Shown in pieces: positions 8,580 to 17,385 of a DNA stretch of 64,000 nt; within the stretch, counting starts at the first letter, position 1, and the number at the start of each line of letters is the position of its first letter. The notes under the pieces were generated by a model. That model was not told the DNA's origin. It worked only from the letters and a program-made list of their open reading frames with translations, and searched no databases. This stretch comes from a virus (taxonomy: Duplodnaviria; Caudoviricetes), in the IMG/VR virus record IMGVR_UViG_3300027983_002388; one strand, written 5' to 3'. A program made the translations under genes and the position numbers.

Positions 8580-9995
8580 TTGGCGAGCCTTTTTTCGTGT
8601 AAAATCACTCGACTCTCAATCTCTGCAAGGCTTGTTTTGCAGAGGACTTACGGCAAAAAACATGGTGGGAGAGAAAGGCAGGCTTTCGAGAATATTTCTG
8701 TTCAATCTTTACAACCAGACTTTTTTGACGTACTATCTGAGGGAACGAAACGTCTTCTTCACGAAAGGAAGGTGCAAATGGCATCAAAACGTGGTATTCG
8801 TAAACGGAACGAGCGTATCGTCCGTCAAAAACTCGAACAGGAGTCAAACATGGCTGAAAACAAGTTGACCGGAAATGTAGGTCGCACTTCGGTAGCCGAT
8901 CTGATACTAGCCCGTACTAGATTTCTTCACCCGGACAAACCTTCGATTCAGGTGGTACAACCTCAACCTGCGGCCCCTCTGGAGAAGCCCGGCGACAAAC
9001 CTGTGGCTGCATCTCCGGCACTTCAGGACACCGCTCCAGTTGCAGTTGATCCAATCATCAGCAGCGTTCGTCACAAAGAGATGATCTTTCGTGAAGCCGA
9101 CGAGAATCGGGATCACTACCTCTTAAAGCAACTGGAAGACGGCGAAAAATTGCCGTGGTTTCGATACGTCCGCAAAGAGAGTCAATACTCCGAATTCGTC
9201 ATGCTCACAACAGAGATGGCGAAAGCAATGCTTCAGAGCGTCTGGACCGAGACGGAAGGCAACCGAAAGCTGAAAGTTTGGCTGAAAGATGCCTACAAGC
9301 GAGACATTGATAATGATCGCTGGATTCCCTCTGACGAATCGATTGGTATCGACTTCAATGGTGTTGTATACAATGGACGGCATCGACTCACGGCACTCGT
9401 GGAATCGGGCAAAGAATGGCCGTTCTACGTCACTTTCAATTGCTTGGAAGAGGCCAAGTTCACGGTTGATTCCGGGGCGAAACGCAACTCAGCAGAGAAG
9501 TTACGTCTCGTGATCGACACCAAGCTGGGAAATCGAACCACTGGCTTCTGCAAGGCTATCATGAAAGGTCTTCAGAGCAAGGTTCGTTACACAGAGACGG
9601 AAATCGCTGAATTTGCACACAAGTGGCAGGATTTAATTGCCTGGATCAGTAGCAACTTGCCAGTCGCACGAGCCGAAGTTCAAGCGGCAATTGCAAAAGC
9701 ATATCTGTGGTATGGCCCGGAAAAAATCGAACTGTTTGCCGAACGTCTTCGGGAAGTGAAATTCACGGAAGATGGTGATCCAGCACGAGCGTTGTATTTG
9801 GCTCTCACCAAGGCGAAAATCAATCGCATCAACGTCGCATTGGTTGCTTACAAAAAGACGCTGGCAAGCGTTGAGGCTACGGTGACAAACAAGCCGCTTT
9901 CCCGTCTGTATGAGCGAGACGAGGACATTTTCCAGTGGCAAGAAGGCTGGGAACTCCCGCAAGGATCGTGGTGGGAAGCCCAACCAAAAGAGTAA
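8580..9995 (+). CDS. ParB/Srx-like domain protein (start uncertain)
   Basis: NRKL...AYKRDIDNDRW...ESIGID.NG...NGRHRLTA motif. Confidence 0.6.
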   Translation: MASLFSCKITRLSISARLVLQRTYGKKHGGRERQAFENISVQSLQPDFFDVLSEGTKRLLHERKVQMASKRGIRKRNERIVRQKLEQESNMAENKLTGNVGRTSVADLILARTRFLHPDKPSIQVVQPQPAAPLEKPGDKPVAASPALQDTAPVAVDPIISSVRHKEMIFREADENRDHYLLKQLEDGEKLPWFRYVRKESQYSEFVMLTTEMAKAMLQSVWTETEGNRKLKVWLKDAYKRDIDNDRWIPSDESIGIDFNGVVYNGRHRLTALVESGKEWPFYVTFNCLEEAKFTVDSGAKRNSAEKLRLVIDTKLGNRTTGFCKAIMKGLQSKVRYTETEIAEFAHKWQDLIAWISSNLPVARAEVQAAIAKAYLWYGPEKIELFAERLREVKFTEDGDPARALYLALTKAKINRINVALVAYKKTLASVEATVTNKPLSRLYERDEDIFQWQEGWELPQGSWWEAQPKE

Positions 9996-10041
9996 AATAT
10001 AAAGGCTGGCCCGGAAATATCCGGGCCAGCTTCGTTTTGGG

Positions 10042-10070
10042 TTTACACTTCCTTATTTCCGTGGTAGAAT
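10042..10070 (+). promoter_or_regulatory. Promoter TTTACA-N12-CGTGG-TAGAAT
   Basis: 17-bp spacer, extended -10; recurrent motif in the window. Confidence 0.7.
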
Positions 10071-10122
10071 ATTCCCAACACCGTGGAACTCGAATATCCC
10101 CAGGAATTAAGGGAAGAAAAAA

Positions 10123-11727
10123 ATGGCTAGTGCCAATAATGTCCTAACAGCGAAATTAGACTTTTGGGTAAAGCACAACAAGAATGTGCTTTTCATCGGA
10201 AAACATGGCGTCGGCAAGACTGCTATGATTAAGGACGCCTTTGATCGGCACGGCTTGAATTGGCGGTATTTTTCTGCATCTACGATGGACCCGTGGGTTG
10301 ACTTCATTGGAGTACCACGAGAAAAAACCGACAACAAGGTTCCCGAACAATTCGAGATCATTAAGGAACTAGCATCCATTGATTTGCCGCTTGCCTACGA
10401 GTGGGTCCAGAACAATTGGAAACTCAGCGACGAAGCGTCCAAGCGTGTCGTCGATCACGCTGTAAATCGCCAGCAAGGATTGACATATCTCGATCTGGTT
10501 CGTCCGCAAACTTTTGCCGCTGGTGAAGTCGAAGCGTTATTCTTCGACGAATATAATCGGTCGCCAAAGAAAGTCCGCAACGCCGTGATGGAACTGATTC
10601 AGTTCAAGTCCATCAATGGTATGAAGTTTCCAAACCTTCGTATCGTTTGGGCGGCAATCAACCCGGACGATGATGAAAACGAAACCTACGACGTTGAACG
10701 TCTCGACCCTGCTCAGGCCGACCGATACCATATCGCAGTTGAAGTACCTTATCGGCCAAATGCCGATTGGTTCCGAGGCGAATATGGTCAGCGTGTTGGT
10801 GATGCTGCCATTCAGTGGTGGGACGACTTGTCGGAAGAAGAAAAAAACCGCATCAGCCCTCGTCGTCTTCAATATGCTCTCGACGTATATCGTGAGCGAG
10901 GGGATATGAGGGATGTGTTGCCTCTGACGGTAAATGTCAGCAAGCTGACCACGGCATTGAATACAGGACCGATCACCGAGAAGTTGGAACAGTTGATGAA
11001 GTCGAAGGACGTGGCCGAAGCACGAACCTTCCTGAACAACGAAAACAACTACACGGCGGCAATGAAGTTTATTCCGAAGTCGGAAACTTTGACGACATAT
11101 TTCATCCCGTTGCTGCCGAAAGAAAAGATGGCAGCACTGATGAACGATGACGACAAGACTTGCAATTACATCATTACCAATACCGACAAAGTGCCGGTAT
11201 TCAAAGATGTATGTAAGGAACTTATCAACGCCAACACCAATGTTAGACTCGCCAAGAAGATTCGCCGGGCGATGACGGAGAATCAAGATTTGGCTACAGC
11301 ATTCGCATCTGAGACAGATGCTTCAGTGCCACCGGCTGAATCGCATTTTAACAAAGTCAAGGCAGGAACAAAGTCCTGGAGTGATACCTTGACCGAATTG
11401 AAGACCGCTCCACAGGATACGTCACAACAGCGTATCCAAAATTACGACAAAATTGCATCCAGCATCCCGGAGAAGCAAACGGCAGACGAGGCATTGGCAA
11501 CATTGGAAATTCTCAATGCAGTGTTTAGCGGCAATCAATTTGCCTCTAGTATCACTGCCAAACCTTTTGAAAAGCTAATGGGGATTGTGAACCACTGCAT
11601 TGCAGAAATCCACCGGAACACCGGATCGGATTGGACTACAATTCTCAGTAAGCATGGCGTTCGCTTCAAGACTTTGTTGGAGAAGATTAAAGTCGGCGGA
11701 TTGTCTTCTCGGTTGTACACTCCATAA
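10123..11727 (+). CDS. MoxR/dynein-related AAA+ ATPase
   Basis: Walker A GKHGVGKT, Walker B LFFDEYNR, LDPAQADR. Confidence 0.85.
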   Translation: MASANNVLTAKLDFWVKHNKNVLFIGKHGVGKTAMIKDAFDRHGLNWRYFSASTMDPWVDFIGVPREKTDNKVPEQFEIIKELASIDLPLAYEWVQNNWKLSDEASKRVVDHAVNRQQGLTYLDLVRPQTFAAGEVEALFFDEYNRSPKKVRNAVMELIQFKSINGMKFPNLRIVWAAINPDDDENETYDVERLDPAQADRYHIAVEVPYRPNADWFRGEYGQRVGDAAIQWWDDLSEEEKNRISPRRLQYALDVYRERGDMRDVLPLTVNVSKLTTALNTGPITEKLEQLMKSKDVAEARTFLNNENNYTAAMKFIPKSETLTTYFIPLLPKEKMAALMNDDDKTCNYIITNTDKVPVFKDVCKELINANTNVRLAKKIRRAMTENQDLATAFASETDASVPPAESHFNKVKAGTKSWSDTLTELKTAPQDTSQQRIQNYDKIASSIPEKQTADEALATLEILNAVFSGNQFASSITAKPFEKLMGIVNHCIAEIHRNTGSDWTTILSKHGVRFKTLLEKIKVGGLSSRLYTP

Positions 11728-11731
11728 ACGA

Positions 11732-11760
11732 TATACAACCAGCATAAAACGTGGTACAAT
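11732..11760 (+). promoter_or_regulatory. Promoter TATACA-N12-CGTGG-TACAAT
   Basis: Same consensus; followed by hairpin AGAGGGCTGG/CCAGCCCTCT at ~11762-11786. Confidence 0.6.
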
Positions 11761-11808
11761 CAGAGGGCTGGCAGAACCAGCCCTCTGTTTCTTTAGGATG
11801 GATGTAAT

Positions 11809-13230
11809 ATGATTGAAGCAAACGAAGGCGAATTGGATAGTGTTCCTGGGGTTGCCGAGGACGGCACCTTAGATGTTGCGTCATCCAACAAATACAAAGT
11901 CCGCATCTCAAATGAGGAATGGTTTGAGATCAGCCGAGCGCTCGAACCACACCATGCTGTATTTTACAAAGTATGGCAAATGGGTAAGCCAATTTTTAAC
12001 GATGAAATCGAGACTGCTGCTGTGCAGTTCGATGAAAATGGAAACTTCATTTGGTTCCATTTCAATCCTCACTTCTGGAAGAGGATGCAATTCAAAGACA
12101 AGTTATTCGTGATCTGTCACGAAGCGTTGCATATTGTCTTGAATCACGGACTCCGCACTAGAGATTGTGGTTCCAATCGTCGAGCCACAAACGTAGCCCT
12201 TGACGTTGTGGTGAACCACACGCTCGCCAACAACTTCGGATTTGAGCGAACCAACATCGAAGGTTGGGAAGACTATTGTTGGGTCGATACGGTATTCAAA
12301 GATAAAAAGCCGCAACCGCCCGACAATGAAATGTACGAGCATTACTACAACCTCTTCGAGAAAGTCTATGGCGACGGCGGCATGGGCGATGGAGAAGGCG
12401 GCGGTCCAGGTCTTGTCGATGACCACGAAATGATGGGAGAGGGTTCTGATAAATGGGATAAGGTCATCGACCAACTGAATGAAGGCATGTCCGAGGAAGA
12501 GAAAGAATCTCTCAAGGCGACAGTCAATAAGCACTTTCAGAAAAATGAAACGAAGCCCGAGAAAAACCAACCGGCTGGAACTGGTACGGGTGGTCAATGG
12601 GTATTCACCAATGTCGGAAAAGTAAAGAAGAAATCGAAGTGGGAAACGGTCATCAAGAAGTGGAGTAGGAAATATCTGATCGACAAAGAAAAAGAAGTTG
12701 AGCAGTGGGCCAGACTTCAACGTCGAATGACTATGCTGCCAAGGAATATGTTCCTGCCAACTGACATGGAAGTCGAAGACAACGAAAAGGAAAAAACAAG
12801 GATCGACGTGTGGTTTTATCTCGACACGTCAGGATCGTGTTGGGGATTGAAGGATCGTTTCTTTGAAGCGGCATTAAGCCTGCCTACAGAGCGATTCAAC
12901 GTCCGTCTTTTCTGCTTCGATACCAAGGTTGAAGAAACCACCCTCGAAAGTCGTAAGGTATATGGGGGTGGCGGCACGACGTTCGATATTCTTGAATCTG
13001 AAATTCAGAATGAACTCCGCAAGGGTGGTGGCACAAAGAAAACCCTTGAAGGAAAAGAAGTGCCGATGATTACCAAATACCCGGAAGCTGTATTCGTCAT
13101 CACTGATGGATACGGCACTAACGTAAAGCCTGAAAAGCCTGACAACTGGTATTGGTTCATCACGGAAGGTGGCGTTAAATCTCACATCGACCGGGGATGT
13201 AACTTCTATAAACTGGGTGATTTTGAATAA
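11809..13230 (+). CDS. Metallopeptidase-vWA protein (DUF2201-like), partner of the AAA+ ATPase
   Basis: HEALH zincin motif; MIDAS LDTSGS, GGGT, VITDG. Confidence 0.85.
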   Translation: MIEANEGELDSVPGVAEDGTLDVASSNKYKVRISNEEWFEISRALEPHHAVFYKVWQMGKPIFNDEIETAAVQFDENGNFIWFHFNPHFWKRMQFKDKLFVICHEALHIVLNHGLRTRDCGSNRRATNVALDVVVNHTLANNFGFERTNIEGWEDYCWVDTVFKDKKPQPPDNEMYEHYYNLFEKVYGDGGMGDGEGGGPGLVDDHEMMGEGSDKWDKVIDQLNEGMSEEEKESLKATVNKHFQKNETKPEKNQPAGTGTGGQWVFTNVGKVKKKSKWETVIKKWSRKYLIDKEKEVEQWARLQRRMTMLPRNMFLPTDMEVEDNEKEKTRIDVWFYLDTSGSCWGLKDRFFEAALSLPTERFNVRLFCFDTKVEETTLESRKVYGGGGTTFDILESEIQNELRKGGGTKKTLEGKEVPMITKYPEAVFVITDGYGTNVKPEKPDNWYWFITEGGVKSHIDRGCNFYKLGDFE

Positions 13231-13239
13231 GAGGGCAAA

Positions 13240-14664
13240 ATGGACTTCACAGTATTCGACCATCGTGAGCATATGACGGCGCTCACATGGTTGGGTCGTA
13301 AAGACTGGATGCTCTATCGAGACATTCCAGCCCAACGAGCCATCAGCGCTAAACCCCGCAAATTGGTACTCAAGCCCAAACAGCTTCTCGCTCCTGGGCC
13401 TGAGTCACCTATTACTGTGGGCGAAAAAGAATTCAACCGCTACCCCGCAGAAATGTGGAAGGTATTACGGGAGATCATGAACGTCCTTGAATTCGACGTA
13501 GTGGGAACCCTATGGTACAACACCTTGGCTAAAGCATTGGCTGGTGGACCAAAGATTTTTCGACCGTCGCCGCTCCAATGTGAAGCATTGGAACACGCTG
13601 AAGCACGATATGCCTTCAAGGACTACAAGCAACCATTTCCGGTCATCACACTGGAGATACCGGAAGAATATCGTCAGCAACTTCAGCAAAAATATGGCAT
13701 TGATGAATCGCCTCGATATGTTCTTGTCAACCATGATGACAAAAACCGATTCATTACTGTGAGTGCTTTTTACAACAAAGGAAATATCATTACGCATATT
13801 ACGCCTGATCGGGCTGAATATGCAACAATTGAAGAAAGTCTCGTTCGCAATCGAGATCGTCGTCAAGATGACGTACAAGAAGTATCGGCGGGCAAATTTT
13901 TAATGCCCGGCAATCCAGCTATTCAAGGTAGCACCGAGGGTGAATTCGATGCTGCTGAGAATGTACAACGACTCGGCATTAACTTCGCCATGATGATGTC
14001 GCTATACACAGTAAAAGTAGCCGGACCCTTGGATGCTAACAACTACAAGATTTGGCAACAAGAAGCAAGGGCAAAGCGAGGCGGTAGCGTTCCAACTCGG
14101 AGAGCAATGGAATCGCAGCAAAAGCTGGCGGCTACTATGCAACTCATTCAGTTCGACCAGAAAGTCGAATTCTATGACGAAGTTGAAGAACAAATCGAAG
14201 TGGCACAGGGAGTAGATATTGAAAGTTTGCACAAGTCTCCTAGATCTCACTGGAGACGTGGGCATTTTGCAATGCAACCTTTTGGCCTTGGTCGTCGTGA
14301 ACGAAGAATGATTTTTCGTAAGCCGCTATTGGTTAGAGCCAAATACTTCCTGGGAGATATTAAGGACGCAAGCGTCACTTACACAATTCATCCAGGACGA
14401 CCGGCTGCGCCATTGCCAGCACCGCCACCAGAAATGATGGTCAACACTCCAACTCAACTCCCTCCACCGGAGCCTGGGTTGAAGACTGGACAACGAATTG
14501 AAATCATTCAGGCAGAAGAATGTTCTGTCGGTCCTGGAACTCAGGGCAAGATCGTCAAGGTAGTTGATCTTGGATCGAACATGGTACAAATTGACGCATT
14601 GACCGACGATGGGCAAAAATTCTCGCTAATTACCCCGCCAGATGAGTTCAAAATATCAGGATGA
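13240..14664 (+). CDS. Hypothetical protein with HWRRGH motif
   Basis: SPRSHWRRGHF motif; Pro-rich linker; small C-terminal beta domain. Confidence 0.55.
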   Translation: MDFTVFDHREHMTALTWLGRKDWMLYRDIPAQRAISAKPRKLVLKPKQLLAPGPESPITVGEKEFNRYPAEMWKVLREIMNVLEFDVVGTLWYNTLAKALAGGPKIFRPSPLQCEALEHAEARYAFKDYKQPFPVITLEIPEEYRQQLQQKYGIDESPRYVLVNHDDKNRFITVSAFYNKGNIITHITPDRAEYATIEESLVRNRDRRQDDVQEVSAGKFLMPGNPAIQGSTEGEFDAAENVQRLGINFAMMMSLYTVKVAGPLDANNYKIWQQEARAKRGGSVPTRRAMESQQKLAATMQLIQFDQKVEFYDEVEEQIEVAQGVDIESLHKSPRSHWRRGHFAMQPFGLGRRERRMIFRKPLLVRAKYFLGDIKDASVTYTIHPGRPAAPLPAPPPEMMVNTPTQLPPPEPGLKTGQRIEIIQAEECSVGPGTQGKIVKVVDLGSNMVQIDALTDDGQKFSLITPPDEFKISG

Positions 14665-14670
14665 TCGATC

Positions 14671-15168
14671 ATGTGGAAATGGCCATTAAAAGAATTTTGT
14701 GATGTTCCTATTGAGAAACATCCTGGTGCGTTCGGTGCCATAAGAACACATGATATTCATACTGGTGTTGATTTATATTGCAAAAACAAAGACCTTGTAT
14801 TTGCTGTAGAAGATGGCACTGTCGTACTTGTGGATGACTTTACAGGAAAAATAACGAATACTCCTTGGTGGAACGACACAAAAGCTGTAATGATAGAAGG
14901 TGCGACAGGAGTTGTAAACTACGGCGAAATTGAGCCTTATTGTAAATTGAATCAAATTATAAAAAAAGGTGATTTAATTGGTTATGTCGTTCCTGTCTTG
15001 AAGTCAAAAAAAGAAAACATCCCAGGACATTCAGTTGCAATGCTTCATGTAGAACTATACAAACATGGCGTTCGCAATTTCGTTGACAAATGGGAACATG
15101 GACAAAATTGTCCTGTTGATTTGTTAAATCCGACTCAATACTTGACAAATTGCTCCATGAATCTTTAA
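14671..15168 (+). CDS. M23-family peptidase
   Basis: HTGVD...AVEDGTV...MLHVE. Confidence 0.8.
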   Translation: MWKWPLKEFCDVPIEKHPGAFGAIRTHDIHTGVDLYCKNKDLVFAVEDGTVVLVDDFTGKITNTPWWNDTKAVMIEGATGVVNYGEIEPYCKLNQIIKKGDLIGYVVPVLKSKKENIPGHSVAMLHVELYKHGVRNFVDKWEHGQNCPVDLLNPTQYLTNCSMNL

Positions 15169-15174
15169 TTTTGC

Positions 15175-15218
15175 TGTACAACTCTAAATCTCCGTGGTAT
15201 ACTCTACCACGGAGATTT
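15175..15218 (+). promoter_or_regulatory. Promoter TGTACA-N12-CGTGG-TATACT inside a perfect 14-bp inverted repeat
   Basis: AAATCTCCGTGGTA (15186-15199) / TACCACGGAGATTT (15205-15218), followed by a T tract. Confidence 0.7.
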
Positions 15219-15243
15219 TTTCAATTGCAGGCAAAGGTGATAT

Positions 15244-16425
15244 GTGTCAAACGAAAAACAACAAATCGGGATTTTGCCCCCTGAATTCGTAGACATGATG
15301 ACTCGGCAAGAAGAGTTACATCCTGATCTAGCTTCTTGCATCTTTGAAGAAGGCACATTAGGTAAATGCCTTAAACATCCACTCATTATTGGCTTGTTCT
15401 ACCATCCCGGTATGAATGCCATGTACAACTCACAATACCAAGCCAAACTCAAATACATCGCAGAAGCCGAAGAGAAGAAAAACTGGTCCAGCTATATCTG
15501 GATGCACGAGCGTCCTTATCGGTTAGAAAAATTCTCTGAAATTGAGAGTGAACTATCGGACCAAGAATATTGGGAATTACTGGGTAGCATTTGGTCTGAT
15601 AGTGAAAACCTTTGGCAATACGGCAGCATATTGGGCTGGCTTATCAACAAGAATCGTTCTGGTCGTGAATCCATGATGGATGAACACGAGAAGAAGCTCT
15701 TGGCAAAACTTCCTGATGAATTCACAATTTATCGTGGGCATCAAACCAAGAATCGTCTGGGTTATTCTTGGACCTTGAGCTATTGGCGAGCTAAATGGTT
15801 CGCCAATCGTTTTCAACAAAAAGGACAAGGCGTAGTAAAGGCCACTGTCAAGAAAGAACACGTTATTGCTGTATTGTTGGGACGAAATGAATTTGAAATC
15901 GTTGCATTGCCAAAACATCTAAAAATCGACACAGTTCGGAAAACAATGAAGCGACTACGTTGGCTCGAAGCCGCAAAAGAAGAATTTGATGCAACCTTCA
16001 TGGCAGGGCTAGGAAAACGCAATGCAAGTTTGTCTGTGCATGGCCCGTGGCATTGGGAAAAGGTCGAAAAGAACGCATTGATCTTGGCAAAAAATACGCC
16101 TGGCGCTGATAAGGTCGTGGCTCAATTATTTGCTCTGATTCATGATACAAAACGTCAAAATGAAGATGAAGACCCGGAACACGGTCATCGCTCGGCAGCA
16201 TACGCCGAAGAACTATTCAAACAGGGAAAGTTGGATATTACTGAAGACCAACTTGCTGTATTGATGGAAGCGTGTAAGCATCACAACGATGGGCAAATCA
16301 CAAACAACCCTACTATTGGCGTTTGTTGGGATGCAGATCGTTTAGACCTTACCAGAGTTGGCATTATCCCAAACCCGGAATTGCTGTCCACAAAGGCCGG
16401 TAAAGAACTTCTTTGGAGCATTTGA
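15244..16425 (+). CDS. Two-domain protein with C-terminal HD phosphohydrolase
   Basis: HGPWHW...IHDTKR...HG...H...DADRLD. Confidence 0.75.
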   Translation: MSNEKQQIGILPPEFVDMMTRQEELHPDLASCIFEEGTLGKCLKHPLIIGLFYHPGMNAMYNSQYQAKLKYIAEAEEKKNWSSYIWMHERPYRLEKFSEIESELSDQEYWELLGSIWSDSENLWQYGSILGWLINKNRSGRESMMDEHEKKLLAKLPDEFTIYRGHQTKNRLGYSWTLSYWRAKWFANRFQQKGQGVVKATVKKEHVIAVLLGRNEFEIVALPKHLKIDTVRKTMKRLRWLEAAKEEFDATFMAGLGKRNASLSVHGPWHWEKVEKNALILAKNTPGADKVVAQLFALIHDTKRQNEDEDPEHGHRSAAYAEELFKQGKLDITEDQLAVLMEACKHHNDGQITNNPTIGVCWDADRLDLTRVGIIPNPELLSTKAGKELLWSI

Positions 16426-16426
16426 G

Positions 16427-16729
16427 ATGCAAACAGTAGGTGATGCAACAAAATCCATCATGAGTTCCCCGCATTGCAAGGCAGTTATTCCTTGTCCAGT
16501 AGTATGTCTACAGGTCTTCAAAACAACGGAGTGCGATTCTCGGTCGCTTGAAGAACTCGTCCTGAAGCGAAACGAAGTTCAAAAACTGTTGCAAGATAAC
16601 AACAAACTTAAAAGAAAAGTTCACGCTGCCCAAGAATTCTTGGACAGACTTCAAAATAGTCTGCCCAAGTATTCTTGGACAGACTTCAAAATAGTCTGCC
16701 CAAGTATTCTTGGACAGACTTCAAAATAG
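16427..16729 (+). CDS. N-terminal half of a gene interrupted by the 35-bp repeat array
   Basis: Ends at a TAG inside repeat copy 3; same frame as 16745-17278. Confidence 0.5.
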   Translation: MQTVGDATKSIMSSPHCKAVIPCPVVCLQVFKTTECDSRSLEELVLKRNEVQKLLQDNNKLKRKVHAAQEFLDRLQNSLPKYSWTDFKIVCPSILGQTSK

Positions 16730-16764
16730 TCTGCCCAAGTATTCTTGGACAGACTTCAAAATAG
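16626..16764. repeat. Four tandem copies of a 35-bp palindromic unit CTGCCCAAGTATTCTTGGACAGACTTCAAAATAGT
   Basis: Copies start at 16626, 16661, 16696, 16731; no spacers. Confidence 0.95.
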
Positions 16765-17278
16765 GTTTACTATGTCGTCGAAACCAGCACTAATCGGACA
16801 AGTGGCGAGCCAAATGATGAAAAGCGGTCGTCCAGGACGGCTTATTGCTACAGATAAACAGAAAGAAAACTTTCAGTTGCGACACAAAAAGCATATTGCT
16901 TGGGCGATTGACAGCCTTCCTCGAAGTAGTACTGCTGTCCCTGCCGTTGTTGTCAAGTGCCTTATTAAGTACGACAACAATAGGGTGGTGGAATTTTGCA
17001 AGGCTTTACGAAGTGGGCTATTTCAAGGGCAAGACGATCCTGCGCTTCAACTGTGGAAGTTTTTGCAAAAACACCGTGGACATGATACCGTTTCTGTGTA
17101 CCAACGGGCGGTCGGTGCTGCAAAGGCTTATATGGAAGGTAGAACACTCAGTTCTCTCAGGCCGTTGAAAGAAGATGTATTTGCCTGGGACGAAGGATGG
17201 ACGGTCCCGGACGATCTTCTTGGCAACTGGACCCCGGATAATCTTCCGAAAGCAGATTCGGATCGACCAATCTCTTGA
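16745..17278 (+). CDS. Paralog of the C-terminal domain of the 8580-9995 protein
   Basis: DDPALQLW...LKEDVFAWDEGWTVP vs GDPARALY...DEDIFQWQEGWELP. Confidence 0.6.
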   Translation: MDRLQNRFTMSSKPALIGQVASQMMKSGRPGRLIATDKQKENFQLRHKKHIAWAIDSLPRSSTAVPAVVVKCLIKYDNNRVVEFCKALRSGLFQGQDDPALQLWKFLQKHRGHDTVSVYQRAVGAAKAYMEGRTLSSLRPLKEDVFAWDEGWTVPDDLLGNWTPDNLPKADSDRPIS

Positions 17279-17330
17279 GTAAAGGCGTTCACCCTAAAAG
17301 GTGGGAACATATCAAGAGTGTACTGAAAGA

Positions 17331-17360
17331 AAAAAGCACCGGGTTGTCCGGTGCTTTTTT
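17331..17360. terminator. Bidirectional intrinsic terminator
   Basis: AAAAAGCACCGG-GTTGT-CCGGTGCTTTTTT between convergent genes. Confidence 0.8.
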
Positions 17361-17385
17361 GTTTGTTCTTTGACTTCTGGAGATA

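Noticed and set aside
16626-16764. CRISPR array (35-bp palindromic repeats)
   Set aside because: Units abut with no spacers; no cas genes in the window.
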